From: a bacterium
GTDB taxonomy: Bacteria > Krumholzibacteriota > Krumholzibacteriia > G020349025
Direction: 5' to 3'
NCBI GenBank assembly: GCA_031362565.1
Contig: JANLSU010000081.1
Location: forward strand, 63,003 to 127,002
DNA length: 64,000 bases
Shown: positions 17,108-27,437 of the stretch, one piece after another
How the letters are laid out: every line of letters begins with the position of its first letter
Position numbering within the stretch: position 1 is the stretch's first letter
Notes under the pieces: model-generated
Databases searched by the model: none
What the model was told of the DNA's origin: nothing
The model's input: only the letters and a program-made list of their open reading frames with translations
Position numbers and translations under genes: made by a program

Positions 17108-18505
17108 TCACGGCCCGTAGAGGGCCTGCAACACCGGCGGGTCCGGCTCTTCGACTGCGAGCACGGAATGGCACGTGCTGCAATCCTGGCTGATCGTGCG
17201 GCCAGCGCTCGAGCGGTGTCCATCGTCGTGACAACGGAAACAACCGCTGTCGTCCTGGTGTCCCAACATACTTGGATGCACCGCCCAGCCGACGTTCATG
17301 TCCGGAAACACATTGCGCTGGTAGATTGCCCGCAATGCCGTTGCCGCGGCGGTGATGTCCGCGGCGCGGGCGGTCACGAGCGACGGATCGGTGCGGCCGT
17401 AGAACGCCCGCAGCGAATCCTCGAAACCAGCCAGCGCCGCTTGCTTGCTCGGGTAGTCCGCTTGCAAGAGGCGCATCGCCTCGCGCTTGACGGACGGCAG
17501 GTCACGCGGAATGCGCCGCGCCTCGAGCGCCGCATCCAAGGCGGCCGCGGGCAGCTCGAATTCGTGTGATGGACGGTTGTGACAATCGATGCAGTCCATG
17601 CGCCGCTTCGGCAACGCCAGGATGCTGTCTTTGCGCGCCTCGTCACCGCCGCGCCAGTATTCGCGCACCGCGCCGGTGGAATCTTCGACGCTGATCCAAT
17701 GGATCGTTCGCCGGTCGGGGCTCGAACGGTACTCGACGTGGCTCATGGTGTGCCAATGAATGCCGGTTGCGAAACCGGACTGCGGCTTGCCACCGCCGAC
17801 TTTGAGCAAGAGCACGGTCGCCTGGCGGGTGTTGGCCGCGTCCTCGGAATAGCGGCGCAGAACCTTGATTCGATCGCCGTGAAATTTCTCCGGCCAGTGG
17901 CATTTCTCGCATGTCTCGCGCGCCGGCCGCAAGTTGGCGATCGGCGCCGGGATCGGTTTTGGGTAGGTGTGAAGCGTGACCGCCGCCACCTGACGCAGTC
18001 CTGAAAGTTTCGATTTCACAAACCAACTCGCACCCGGGCCGATGTGGCACTCCGTGCAGGACACGCGCGAGTGCGACGAGTTTTGATAAGCGGTGTACTC
18101 GGGTTCCATCACCGTATGGCATACCTTGCCGCAGAACTGCGGCGACTCCATGTATTCGACTGCATGGTAGCTGCTGAGCGCCAGCACGATGACGTTGATC
18201 CCGGTCAAGGACAGCAGGATGACGATGCGGCGGTGGTCGAGACGCAGCGGCAGTGCGCCGTCGCCCGCACCGCGACGGCGGTTGCGCGCCACCGCCACCG
18301 CGATCAACAGCAATCCGGCGATGAAGACGCCGGGCAGGACGAGGAAGGCGAAAATTCCCGTGTACGGCGGCAAGCTCTCGATCGTCAGCACCAGGATCAT
18401 CAGCACGACGATGCCAATCGCCGACACCGTCACGAGCGCGATCGCGAACAGCCCCAAAAGGCTCCGTGACCCTACCGCAACCATCTCACGGATCGTTTTC
18501 CACAT
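17108..18505 (-). CDS. Membrane-anchored multiheme cytochrome c, NapC/NirT-like N-terminus, six heme motifs
   Basis: Three N-terminal TM helices; CGKVCH (Cx3CH), CTECH, CEKCH, CIDCH, CFRCH, CSTCH. Start approximate. Confidence 0.88.
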   Translation of the reverse strand: MWKTIREMVAVGSRSLLGLFAIALVTVSAIGIVVLMILVLTIESLPPYTGIFAFLVLPGVFIAGLLLIAVAVARNRRRGAGDGALPLRLDHRRIVILLSLTGINVIVLALSSYHAVEYMESPQFCGKVCHTVMEPEYTAYQNSSHSRVSCTECHIGPGASWFVKSKLSGLRQVAAVTLHTYPKPIPAPIANLRPARETCEKCHWPEKFHGDRIKVLRRYSEDAANTRQATVLLLKVGGGKPQSGFATGIHWHTMSHVEYRSSPDRRTIHWISVEDSTGAVREYWRGGDEARKDSILALPKRRMDCIDCHNRPSHEFELPAAALDAALEARRIPRDLPSVKREAMRLLQADYPSKQAALAGFEDSLRAFYGRTDPSLVTARAADITAAATALRAIYQRNVFPDMNVGWAVHPSMLGHQDDSGCFRCHDDGHRSSAGRTISQDCSTCHSVLAVEEPDPPVLQALYGP

Positions 18506-18554
18506 GGCGCGCATCATACCAAAGGACCCGATGCAGATGTCGCGCCGCATTTTG

Positions 18555-18570
18555 ATGACGACATCGTCAT
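18555..18570. promoter_or_regulatory. Palindromic operator/UAS candidate between the divergent cytochrome genes
   Basis: Perfect 7-2-7 inverted repeat ATGACGA-CA-TCGTCAT. Confidence 0.45.
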
Positions 18571-18669
18571 TTTTCGGCACCGTCGCCGGTGCGATGACTC
18601 TCAACGCATGCAAATTGTCGTTTGAGGCGCGAAAAAGCCGCGATTCCTTCTCTCCACGGCGGCCGGTTC

Positions 18670-18685
18670 CGGTATGCTCATTGCG
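18670..18685 (+). promoter_or_regulatory. Candidate sigma54 (-24/-12) promoter for the tetraheme cytochrome
   Basis: CGGTATG-CTCA-TTGCG (GG-N10-GC), about 94 nt upstream of ATG 18779. Confidence 0.5.
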
Positions 18686-18778
18686 TCGTTCGTACATGAA
18701 CGGTATGAAGGAACGGCGATCACGCGGACAAATGTGCGTGCGCTGTCCGTACCAGAGGCTGAAGGGTGGCGTGTGCAG

Positions 18779-19333
18779 ATGAAGCGAAGGGCGTACGTGC
18801 GAGCTGCGAGTGTGGCGGTGCTGTGCATCGCGGCGTTCGCAGGGCGGGCGGCTGCCGAGGGTGCCGCAGTCCACAAGTATATCGGCGCCGAGAAATGCGC
18901 CCTGTGTCACAAATCCGAAGCCAAGGGCAATCAGTACGGCAAGTGGCTCACGACCGCACATGCGAAGGCGTGGGCAACGCTCGCCAGCCCCAAGGCCCTC
19001 GAGATTGCCAAGAAAAAGGGCATCACGACGCCGCCCCAACAAACGGACGCCTGCGTCAAATGCCACGTCGCCGGTTTTGGACAGCCGGCGGCGATGTTCG
19101 ACGCGAGTTTCAAGAAAGAGCTGGGCGTGCAATGTGAGGTCTGTCACGGACCGGGCAGCGACTACAAGGGTATCAGCGTCATGAAGGACAAGACTGCAGC
19201 GATCGCGGCCGGGCTCCTCGTGCCGGACGAGTCGACGTGCAAGAAGTGTCACAACGCCGAAAGCCCGACGTTCACGACCTTCGACTATAAGGCGATGTAC
19301 GCCAAGATCACCCATCCGCGTCCAAAGACGTAG
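18779..19333 (+). CDS. Periplasmic tetraheme cytochrome c (c554-like)
   Basis: Signal peptide; YIGAEKCALCH, CVKCH, VQCEVCHGPGS, CKKCH. Confidence 0.88.
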   Translation: MKRRAYVRAASVAVLCIAAFAGRAAAEGAAVHKYIGAEKCALCHKSEAKGNQYGKWLTTAHAKAWATLASPKALEIAKKKGITTPPQQTDACVKCHVAGFGQPAAMFDASFKKELGVQCEVCHGPGSDYKGISVMKDKTAAIAAGLLVPDESTCKKCHNAESPTFTTFDYKAMYAKITHPRPKT

Positions 19334-19473
19334 TCCCAAAGCCGGTGCGCGCGCCAAGGGCATCGTTCCCTTGGCGCACGCACGCGGTGCGGAGAGTTTG
19401 CTACACTCCTCGGTGTTCCCTTTGGATCCTTGGCCGTGAGGGCCTACGGGCGGACCGCACCGAGGCAAAGCGC

Positions 19474-22014
19474 ATGCGAACCCTAATTCTCGTCTTTCTG
19501 ACCTGCGGGCTTTGGAGCCGTCCCGCGCCGGCAGAAGACCTGTACGTGGGGCACCCCAAACTGCTCTTCACGGCCGCCGATGTGGCGGGATTACGCGCCA
19601 AGGTGGCCGATGGCGGCGCCGACGACGCCACCTACGCCGCAATGCGCACCTGGGCCCAAGGGGCGCTGGCTTTTCCGACGACCTCCCTGCTCTCCTACGC
19701 TGAAGGCATCTCGGCGACCGGACAAATGGCTCTGGTGTCGCAGATCGAGACCAACGGCGCGGCGTACGCGGCCAAAACGCGCCAGCTCGTGCTCGAGGTG
19801 GCGCGCAACCGCCCTTCCACCAACGACGAGTTCGCCTCGGGCCTGCGGCTGCAGGTGATGGCGCTGGGCTATGACCTCGCATTCGCCGGCGCGACGCCGG
19901 CCGAACGCGACGAGGTGCGCCACGCGATGCGCGCCGCACTCGACTTCATGCCGCCGCGCTTCAACTACTACTGCCAGGCCTACAACCCCTACTGCGGCAA
20001 CCACGGGATGACGGTCGGAGCTTCGATGGGGCTCGCAGTCATCGCACTCTGGGATGACGTGTCGCCGGCCGGCCAGGACTCACTCGCAACCGCCTTGGCA
20101 TTCGCCGATCCCATCATTCAGAAGTGCCTGACGGATATCCTGCCGGACGATGGCGCGTACCGCGAAGGCGTGCTGTACGCCGGCTGGATCCTGCATGTTA
20201 CAGCGCCGTACTTCGAAGCCCGGCGCCGCTTCGATGGCACTGATTTCGCCGCCGACCCGCGCTTCGCGCGCCTGATCGAATGGCTGTGCTACGAACTCGC
20301 GCCCGATGGCGGCGGGCGCACGAACAATCTGAACGATTCGCCGTGGTCGTCGCGGCCGTTGGCTCTCCACGGCACCGTGATCGAATGGGCGCAGACACGG
20401 CTCGGCAGCCCGCTCGCGGCGTATCTGCACGACCACGTTCTCGGCAGCTTCGGATTCGACTACGGACCGCCGGCCGACCGCCTCGCAACGGTGCTCTGGT
20501 GGCAACCCATCGCACCGCTCAACCCCGCGGCACTCCTGCCCTCCGGGCGGCTCTTTCCGTCCCGCGGCCTGTACTATTTCCGGAACGGCTGGAAGACGGG
20601 TGCCAGCGGCGACGAGGTCGTGTTCGCGTTCTCGTCGGGCAAGTTCTATGGCGGGCACGCGCAGGAAGATCGGAATCAATTCACTCTCGCTGCCTACGGC
20701 CAGCGCTTCGTGGTCGATTGCGGCGCCGTCGGCAGCACCGCAACCCCGAAGCAGAGCGAAGCCCACAATCTCGTCCTCGTCGATGGCATCGGACAGCACA
20801 ACGCCGGAAACTCGATCGGCACCGACGGCGCCATCGTCTCGTCCCTGGTATCGGGATTCGCCGACTACGTGCGGGGCGATGCACGGGCTGCTTACGCCAC
20901 CTACAGCGCATTCAACTCCCCCGGCGTGCCGTTCGCGGCCTCCGACTGGAGCTGGGGATACGACGGCGGCAATCCGCTCGAGCGCGCCGATCGCACCTGC
21001 ATCGTCGTGAAGGACGGCACCGCGCCGCCCTGGATGCTCGTCGCCGATGACATGCGCAAGGACGCGGGGTCACATGCGTGGGACTGGCTCCTGCACACGT
21101 CACAGGTTCATACGATCGATGTCGCGAGCGACCCGGCGCAGGTGACGGGCTCACAAGCGACGCTCGACCTTTACTTCGCGCATCCGCGCCCGGCGGACTT
21201 GGCGCTTTCGTGGGCGCCGTTCACCCACGGCGGCACCGATCCGCCGACGAATCGCCTTGTCGCGCACCACAACGCCGTCGAACCGCGCTTCGCCGTCGCG
21301 CTCGTTCCGCGCCGCAACGGCGACGCGGCGCCGCTGTACGCCTCCACCAGCGACAGTGTTTCGACGGAGTTGTCGCTCGACTGGGGATCGGCGCGCGACG
21401 TCTTGGTTTTCAATCCGCACCGCGTGCGCGTCACGCACGAGATCGACACCGATGGTGTGGCCGCGTTGGTCCGGCGCGCCGCGGGGGCCGTGCGCGGCTA
21501 CCTGCTGGCCGACGGCACGTTCATGCGTGAAGGCGGCATCGACCTCGTCGTGCTCGGCGGGGTCGCATCCGCGGCACTCGCGGGCGATTCGCTCGAACTC
21601 TCCAGCGACGATGTGCCGTTCACGGCCTGGGGTCCCGAAGTCGTGGCCGTCCGCGGGCCCTCGGGCCCGCGCGCCTTCGTGCGGGACGGCGACGTCGTCC
21701 GGAATCCAACGGCGACGGACGTTGCAGCCCTCGGGGCGAGCCTGCAAATCGAACCGCTCCGGCCCCAACCGGCGCGCGGCGGCGCGACGCTGCGTCTCGC
21801 GCTCAACCACTCCGCCCGGACTCGAGTGCGGATCGTCGACGCCCGTGGCGGGCTCGTCCGCGATCTTGGCGAGCGCACCCGTTCAGCAGGTGCCGTCGCA
21901 ATTCCCTGGGACGGCCGCAGCGCCTCGGGCCGCCCCGTTTCACCCGGCGTCTACTTCTTCGTCATCGAGCTGGCCGGACACTCGACGGCCCTGAAGGTCG
22001 TGCTGATCCGCTGA
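19474..22014 (+). CDS. Secreted heparinase II/III-like polysaccharide lyase with C-terminal FlgD-Ig-like domain
   Basis: Signal peptide; HPKLLF; GNH; DGAYREGVLY; GHAQEDRNQF; SEAHNLVLVDG; C-terminal WDGR...G...PGVYF. Confidence 0.78.
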   Translation: MRTLILVFLTCGLWSRPAPAEDLYVGHPKLLFTAADVAGLRAKVADGGADDATYAAMRTWAQGALAFPTTSLLSYAEGISATGQMALVSQIETNGAAYAAKTRQLVLEVARNRPSTNDEFASGLRLQVMALGYDLAFAGATPAERDEVRHAMRAALDFMPPRFNYYCQAYNPYCGNHGMTVGASMGLAVIALWDDVSPAGQDSLATALAFADPIIQKCLTDILPDDGAYREGVLYAGWILHVTAPYFEARRRFDGTDFAADPRFARLIEWLCYELAPDGGGRTNNLNDSPWSSRPLALHGTVIEWAQTRLGSPLAAYLHDHVLGSFGFDYGPPADRLATVLWWQPIAPLNPAALLPSGRLFPSRGLYYFRNGWKTGASGDEVVFAFSSGKFYGGHAQEDRNQFTLAAYGQRFVVDCGAVGSTATPKQSEAHNLVLVDGIGQHNAGNSIGTDGAIVSSLVSGFADYVRGDARAAYATYSAFNSPGVPFAASDWSWGYDGGNPLERADRTCIVVKDGTAPPWMLVADDMRKDAGSHAWDWLLHTSQVHTIDVASDPAQVTGSQATLDLYFAHPRPADLALSWAPFTHGGTDPPTNRLVAHHNAVEPRFAVALVPRRNGDAAPLYASTSDSVSTELSLDWGSARDVLVFNPHRVRVTHEIDTDGVAALVRRAAGAVRGYLLADGTFMREGGIDLVVLGGVASAALAGDSLELSSDDVPFTAWGPEVVAVRGPSGPRAFVRDGDVVRNPTATDVAALGASLQIEPLRPQPARGGATLRLALNHSARTRVRIVDARGGLVRDLGERTRSAGAVAIPWDGRSASGRPVSPGVYFFVIELAGHSTALKVVLIR

Positions 22015-22484
22015 GGTGCGAGCGCCCCGGTGCGGCCGGGCTGGAAATTCACCACCGCCGCCTTGGAACCGCCCAGTTGCTCGATATAGGGACGCGCGAC
22101 TTCCTCGAGCGTCGCCGCCTGCAACGTATCGCGCACGGCATTTTCGACGCGCGCAAACACGTCCAGGAGCGAACAGTCGCCGGCCAACGCACAGTCGGCG
22201 TCGCCCGTGCAGTCGAAGGCACGCACCGGGCCATCGATCTGCTCGATGATGTCGGCGACGGTGATTTCATTGGGCGCGCGCTGCAGGCGGAAGCCGCCGT
22301 GGTGCCCCTTCATCGACGCGATGAGTCCACCTTTGACCAGCCGCTGCAGGATGTGGGCGAGCAGGAAGTGCGGCGTACGCATCGTCTGAGTGATTTGTTG
22401 CAGCGGCACGTAGTCCGCCGTGGGCCGCGCCGCGAGATAGATCATGGCCCGCAGGCCGTAGTCGGCACTTCTCGACAGCATCAT
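21951..22484 (-). CDS. Rrf2 family transcriptional regulator (three Cys, probably Fe-S binding)
   Basis: LSRSADYGLRAMIYLA, ILQRLVKGGLIASMKGHHGGFRL, ITVADII, C-x5-C-x5-C. The 3' end overlaps the convergent gene by 64 nt. Confidence 0.92.
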   Translation of the reverse strand: MMLSRSADYGLRAMIYLAARPTADYVPLQQITQTMRTPHFLLAHILQRLVKGGLIASMKGHHGGFRLQRAPNEITVADIIEQIDGPVRAFDCTGDADCALAGDCSLLDVFARVENAVRDTLQAATLEEVARPYIEQLGGSKAAVVNFQPGRTGALAPQRISTTFRAVECPASSMTKK

Positions 22485-22569
22485 CGTGGTTCTCCCCCGA
22501 GTCGCTCCGCGCACGGCCGGCGCATGAGTCACGGCGGCGATGGCGAGGCACGTTCTGCAGCGGGAGCAT

Positions 22570-22623
22570 TGCGAGCCGCGTGCCGTTCCAGGACGCCGCG
22601 CCGCAGAACACAACGGGTTGATT
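22570..22623 (-). promoter_or_regulatory. Candidate sigma54 promoter plus IHF site upstream of rrf2
   Basis: Minus strand CGGCACG-CGGC-TCGCA at 22570-22585; AATCAACCCGTTG at 22611-22623 matches the IHF consensus WATCAANNNNTTR. Confidence 0.6.
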
Positions 22624-22743
22624 TCATGTCTTTTGGGCGTTGGGCGCCAAAATGAGCCGACGCCGCACGTGTGTCGAAAAGACGCACTGGAGCGAGCGGA
22701 CGCAGCCGCCGGCGCGTTGGATCCTTGCCGCCACCCGCATCGT

Positions 22744-25700
22744 TCAACGAGCCACGACCGCGAAGGCTCCCTCCCGGCGCAGCTGTCTGGCGCGCCACAA
22801 TTTGTAGATCGGCGGATACACCAGCAGTTCGAGCAGGAACGAGGTCACGAGCCCGCCGATCATCGGCGCCGCGATCCGCTTCGTGACGTCGGCGCCGGCG
22901 GCGGTCGACCACAGGATGGGCAGCAGGCCCAAGAATGCCGCCGCCACGGTCATCATCTTGGGCCGGGCGCGGCGCACCGCGCCGTGCAGAATTGCCGCAT
23001 CGAGGTCGGCCATGGACCGCAAACGGCCGGCCTTTTGCGCTTGTTCGTACGCCAGATCCAGGAACAGCAGCATGAAGACGCCGGTCTCCGCATCGAGCCC
23101 CATGAGAGCAATCATCCCGACCCAGGCGGCGATCGAGACGTTATACCCGAGGATATGGAACAGCACTACGGCGCCGACGATCGAAAACGGCACCGCCAGC
23201 ATGACCACCGAGGCCTTGAACGCCGAACGGGTGTTCGCATAGAGCAGCATGAAAATGAGCGCCAGCGTGATCGGCACGATGAGCTGCAAGCGCTCGCGGA
23301 CCCGTTGCATGTTCTCGTACTGGCCGCTCCACTGCAGCACCACGCCCGCCGGCAGTTCCACCTGGTCGCGCACGACCCGCTTCGCTTCCTCGACATAGCC
23401 ACCCAGGTCGCGGTTCGAAATGTCGACATAGACGTAGCCGGCGACGAAGCCATTTTCGTCGCGCACCATCGACGGCCCCTCGGCCAGCTTGACGTCCGCC
23501 AGTTGGCCGAGCGGCACCTGAGCGCCGCGCGGTGTCGAGACCAGCACGCGCCGCAATTGGTCGATGTCGTCGCGCCACTCGCGCGGGTAGCGGACATTCA
23601 CCGGGTAGCGTTCCCGCCCTTCGATGGTCGTCGTGACGTTCTCGCCGCCGATGGCGCTGACGATGACCCGTTGCAGGGATTCTACGGTCAATCCGTGGCG
23701 CGCCAACTGTTCGCGACGCGGTTCGAAGTCCACGAAGTAACCGCCGGCGATGCGCTCCGCATACACGCTGCGCGTTCCCGGTACGTCGCGCAACACGGCC
23801 TCGATGTGCTCGCCGATGCGTTCGATTTCGCGGGCATCGCCCCCCAGAATCTTGATGCCCACCGGGGTGCGGACGCCCGTCGACAGCATGTCGACGCGGG
23901 CCTTGATGGGCATGGTCCACGAATTCGTGGTGCCCGGAATGCGCAGCGCCGCATCCATTTCGTCGACGAGTTGCTCGTACGAAATGCGATCGGGCCAGAT
24001 CGGGCGCACCAGGCGCTGCACAGGATCCGGCATCCAGCTCGAATACCAGCGTGGGCGGGCCCGCCATTCCCGGTCCGGTTTCAAAACGACCGTGGTTTCC
24101 ATCATCGAAAACGGCGCGGGATCCGTGGAGGTGTCGGCGCGGCCGGCCTTGCCGAAAACCCGCTCGACCTCCGGAAAACTCCGCAAGACGCGATCTTGAG
24201 TCTGCAGCAGCTCTTGCGCCTGCGCCACGGAAATCCCCGGCAGAGTCGTCGGCATGTACATCATCGTGCCCTCGTGGAGCGGCGGCATGAACTCCGAACC
24301 GAGGCGCACGTAGGCCGGCAGCGCCAGCAAGACGATCAAGACCGCGCCGCCGATCACCTTGCGTGGATGCCGCAATACGAAACGGCAGGCCGGGTCATAG
24401 ACCCGGGCAATGGCGCGGCTGATCGGGTGGCGTGCCTCAGCGTGGTACGTGCCGACCGCCAAGTGCGTCACGAACCGCGCCAACCATGCCGGCCGGAAGC
24501 GGAACGGGTCGACGCGCGTGAACATCATGCGCATCGCCGGATCGAGAGTGATCGCCAGCAGTGCGGCTATTCCCATCGCCAGGTTCTTGGAGTAGGCGAG
24601 CGGCTTGAACAAGCGCCCTTCCTGATCCACGAGTGCGAAAACCGGCAGAAAGGCGACGGCAATCACGAGGAGCGACAGGAACACCGCCGGAGCGACTTCT
24701 TGCATCGCCTGCAGGCGCACCTGGTGGAAATCACCGTGGCGGCCGCCGGCGTGCCATTCGTGCAGTTTGTTGTAGGCGTTTTCGACTTCGACAATCGCCC
24801 CATCGACGAGCACGCCGATGGAGATGGCGATCCCGGCGAGCGACATGATGTTGACGGTGACACCGAGGGCGTAGAGCGGGATGAACGACAACAGCACCGC
24901 CACCGGGATCGTGACGATGGGAACCACCGCCGACGGGATGTGCCACAGAAAGACCAGGATGACCAGCGACACGATGATCATTTCGACAAGCAGTTCATGC
25001 CGGAGAGCGTGGAGAGCGCGATGGATGAGATCGCTGCGGTCGTAGGTGGTGACGATTTCTACACCATCGGGCAATGAAGGCTCGATGTCGCGCAGTTTCT
25101 GCCGGACCCGGTCGATGACGTTGAGTGCGTTTTCGCCGTGCCGCATCACAACGATGCCGCAGACGTGATCGCCCAATCCGTCCAGGTCGGCAACGCCGCG
25201 GCGGATTTCCGGGCCGATCTCGATGTGCGCCACATCCCGCAACAGGATCGGCGTGCCCGAGGAATCCGCCTTTACCACGACCGACGCCAGATCCTCGACC
25301 GAGCGCGCATAGCCGCGGCCGCGCACCATGTATTCGCGGCCGCTCCATTCCAGAAGACGGCCGCCGACTTCATTGTTGGAGCGGCGAATCGCCTCGACGA
25401 CGTCGTCGAGCGGTAACCGGTATGCCGCCAGTTGATTCGGATCGACCGTCACTTGGTACTGCTTCACGAAACCGCCGATGGCGGCGACTTCGGCGACCCC
25501 CGGTACCGACTGCAGCGCATACCGCAGCGTCCAGTCCTGAAACGACCGGAGCTCGTCCAAAGAGTGTTTTCCGGAGTGATCGACCAGTGCGTATTGAAAC
25601 ACCCAGCCGACACCCGAGGCGTCCGGCCCCAGTTCCGTCTGCACGCCGGCGGGCAGGCGCGGTTGAATCTTGGACAAGTATTCGAGCACCCTGGAGCGCG

Positions 25701-26013
25701 CCCAGTAGATGTCGGTACCATCCTGGAAGATGACATAGACGTAGGAAAATCCAAAATCCGAGAAGCCGCGCACGGCGCGAACCCGCGGCGCTCCCAAGAG
25801 CGCCGTGACGATGGGATACGTCACCTGATCTTCTAGAATATCGGGGGATCGTTCCCAGCGCGAATAGATGATGACTTGAGTGTCGGACAGGTCGGGCAAC
25901 GCATCCAAGCGGATGACCCGCAGCACGTGGATCGCGAAGGCGCACGCCGCCACGGTGGCGAGCAGGACGAAAATGCGGCGTTCGGCCGAGAATGCGATGA
26001 TGCGCCGGATCAT
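22744..26013 (-). CDS. cusA: Heavy-metal RND efflux permease, CusA/SilA type
   Basis: LDALPDLSDTQVI, GPDASGVGWV, LGSEFMPPLHEGTMMYMP, DPAPFSMMET, WTMPIKARVDMLSTG, RPKMMT. Confidence 0.93.
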   Translation of the reverse strand: MIRRIIAFSAERRIFVLLATVAACAFAIHVLRVIRLDALPDLSDTQVIIYSRWERSPDILEDQVTYPIVTALLGAPRVRAVRGFSDFGFSYVYVIFQDGTDIYWARSRVLEYLSKIQPRLPAGVQTELGPDASGVGWVFQYALVDHSGKHSLDELRSFQDWTLRYALQSVPGVAEVAAIGGFVKQYQVTVDPNQLAAYRLPLDDVVEAIRRSNNEVGGRLLEWSGREYMVRGRGYARSVEDLASVVVKADSSGTPILLRDVAHIEIGPEIRRGVADLDGLGDHVCGIVVMRHGENALNVIDRVRQKLRDIEPSLPDGVEIVTTYDRSDLIHRALHALRHELLVEMIIVSLVILVFLWHIPSAVVPIVTIPVAVLLSFIPLYALGVTVNIMSLAGIAISIGVLVDGAIVEVENAYNKLHEWHAGGRHGDFHQVRLQAMQEVAPAVFLSLLVIAVAFLPVFALVDQEGRLFKPLAYSKNLAMGIAALLAITLDPAMRMMFTRVDPFRFRPAWLARFVTHLAVGTYHAEARHPISRAIARVYDPACRFVLRHPRKVIGGAVLIVLLALPAYVRLGSEFMPPLHEGTMMYMPTTLPGISVAQAQELLQTQDRVLRSFPEVERVFGKAGRADTSTDPAPFSMMETTVVLKPDREWRARPRWYSSWMPDPVQRLVRPIWPDRISYEQLVDEMDAALRIPGTTNSWTMPIKARVDMLSTGVRTPVGIKILGGDAREIERIGEHIEAVLRDVPGTRSVYAERIAGGYFVDFEPRREQLARHGLTVESLQRVIVSAIGGENVTTTIEGRERYPVNVRYPREWRDDIDQLRRVLVSTPRGAQVPLGQLADVKLAEGPSMVRDENGFVAGYVYVDISNRDLGGYVEEAKRVVRDQVELPAGVVLQWSGQYENMQRVRERLQLIVPITLALIFMLLYANTRSAFKASVVMLAVPFSIVGAVVLFHILGYNVSIAAWVGMIALMGLDAETGVFMLLFLDLAYEQAQKAGRLRSMADLDAAILHGAVRRARPKMMTVAAAFLGLLPILWSTAAGADVTKRIAAPMIGGLVTSFLLELLVYPPIYKLWRARQLRREGAFAVVAR

Positions 26014-27437
26014 GGGCGGACTCCCGCCGCGGGCGCCGTCGCGGCGGGCTCGGTCAGTGCGCCGCGCAAGCGCGATTCCGAGTCGAGCAGGAAGTTGGCG
26101 CGCACGACGACGCGTTCGCCGGTTTCGACGCCGGAAAGCACCTGGGCACGGCCGTCGCTGCGCAATCCAACCTTGACGTTGCGCGGCTCGAAGCGGTCAC
26201 CCTCTGTTTCCACGAACACGATCTGATGTTCACCGGAGTCGAGCACCGCGGATTCCGGGATCACGACACCCTCGGCCGACTGCACCGACAACCACACATC
26301 GACGTACATGGAAGGCTTCAGCATCAGGCGTGGGTTCTCCAGATCGAACCGCACCTTGAGGGTGCGGGTCTCGGGATCCACGTAGGGATACACGTAGGAT
26401 ACCTTGGCCATGAGGGTGGTCCCGGGGTCGTACGGCAGAGTCAGTTCGGCCGTTTGCCCGGTGGAGACGAGGTGGGCCTCGTTCTCGTAGAAATCGGCCT
26501 CGACCCACACGTGCGACAAGTCGGTGACGGTGAACATTTCGTACCCGGGCTCGACCTGCTGGCCTTCGATGACGTTCTTCATCGTGACGTAACCGGAAAC
26601 CGGCGCGAAGTACGTCACCGTGCGCTGCGGCCGGCCGTTCCGTTCCACCGTCGCGATGAAATCGGCGGGCACATCCAGCAACTGGAGGCGCCGCCGCGCC
26701 GCCGCCAACAGGTCCTCGGCGCCACGCCGCGTCTCCTCCGGAGCATCGGGCGCCAATTGCGCCACCGCGGTGCGGGCGTGCAGCAGCTCTTCCTGGCTTG
26801 CCAGAAGTTCCGGCGAATACAGTGTGAATGCCGGATCTCCCTGGCGCACGCGCTGGCCCGTGACGTTCATGAGCAGATTCTCGACGAACCCGCCGATCTT
26901 GACGTGCATGTGGTGGATGCGGGTCTCGTCGGCCACGATGATGCCGACGGTCCGAATCCGGCGCGCCAAGTGTTCACGCACCGCAACCGCCGTCTGCACG
27001 CCGGCAAGCTGCCGCGAGTCGCCGTGCAACGAGATGCCGGCATGCCCGGCGACGGGAATCGACGCCGGGGGCCCCGAATCCGCAAAGACCGGCACGAAGT
27101 CCATCCCCATCGCATCTTTCGCCGGCACGTCGGACCGAACGGTGGGGTCCATCGGGCTGCGGTAGAAGAGAATCCGCGGCTTGGTGGCGTGTTTCCCGCC
27201 CGCTTGGGCGTGCTGCGTCGAATCGGCGGCGACCCGCGGCACCAATCGCATGTTGCAGATCGGACAGTCGCCCGGATGATCGGTGACGTAGGCCGGGTGC
27301 ATCGGACAGGTGTACTCCTGCGCCGTTTGGGTCTTGTGAGTGCATCCCGGCATCAGAGCCATGGCGACCGTGATGCCGGCTACGAGCGCCAGGCGCCATC
27401 CGATTGACCACAGCCGCCGCCAAGCCAGTGCTTTCAT
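26010..27437 (-). CDS. cusB: RND periplasmic adaptor, CusB type, with N-terminal heavy-metal-binding motifs
   Basis: YTCPMHP...CPICNM and YRSPMDP...KDAMGMD; YSPELLASQEE; FLLDSES; ATGA overlaps at both ends. Confidence 0.9.
   Translation of the reverse strand: MKALAWRRLWSIGWRLALVAGITVAMALMPGCTHKTQTAQEYTCPMHPAYVTDHPGDCPICNMRLVPRVAADSTQHAQAGGKHATKPRILFYRSPMDPTVRSDVPAKDAMGMDFVPVFADSGPPASIPVAGHAGISLHGDSRQLAGVQTAVAVREHLARRIRTVGIIVADETRIHHMHVKIGGFVENLLMNVTGQRVRQGDPAFTLYSPELLASQEELLHARTAVAQLAPDAPEETRRGAEDLLAAARRRLQLLDVPADFIATVERNGRPQRTVTYFAPVSGYVTMKNVIEGQQVEPGYEMFTVTDLSHVWVEADFYENEAHLVSTGQTAELTLPYDPGTTLMAKVSYVYPYVDPETRTLKVRFDLENPRLMLKPSMYVDVWLSVQSAEGVVIPESAVLDSGEHQIVFVETEGDRFEPRNVKVGLRSDGRAQVLSGVETGERVVVRANFLLDSESRLRGALTEPAATAPAAGVRP

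Noticed and set aside
22540..25077. 845-aa plus-strand ORF and similar long antisense ORFs (8193, 14899, 30145, 32070, 33953, 44061)
   Set aside because: They lie opposite well-supported genes and have Arg/His-rich shadow composition, as expected from GC-rich codon bias.
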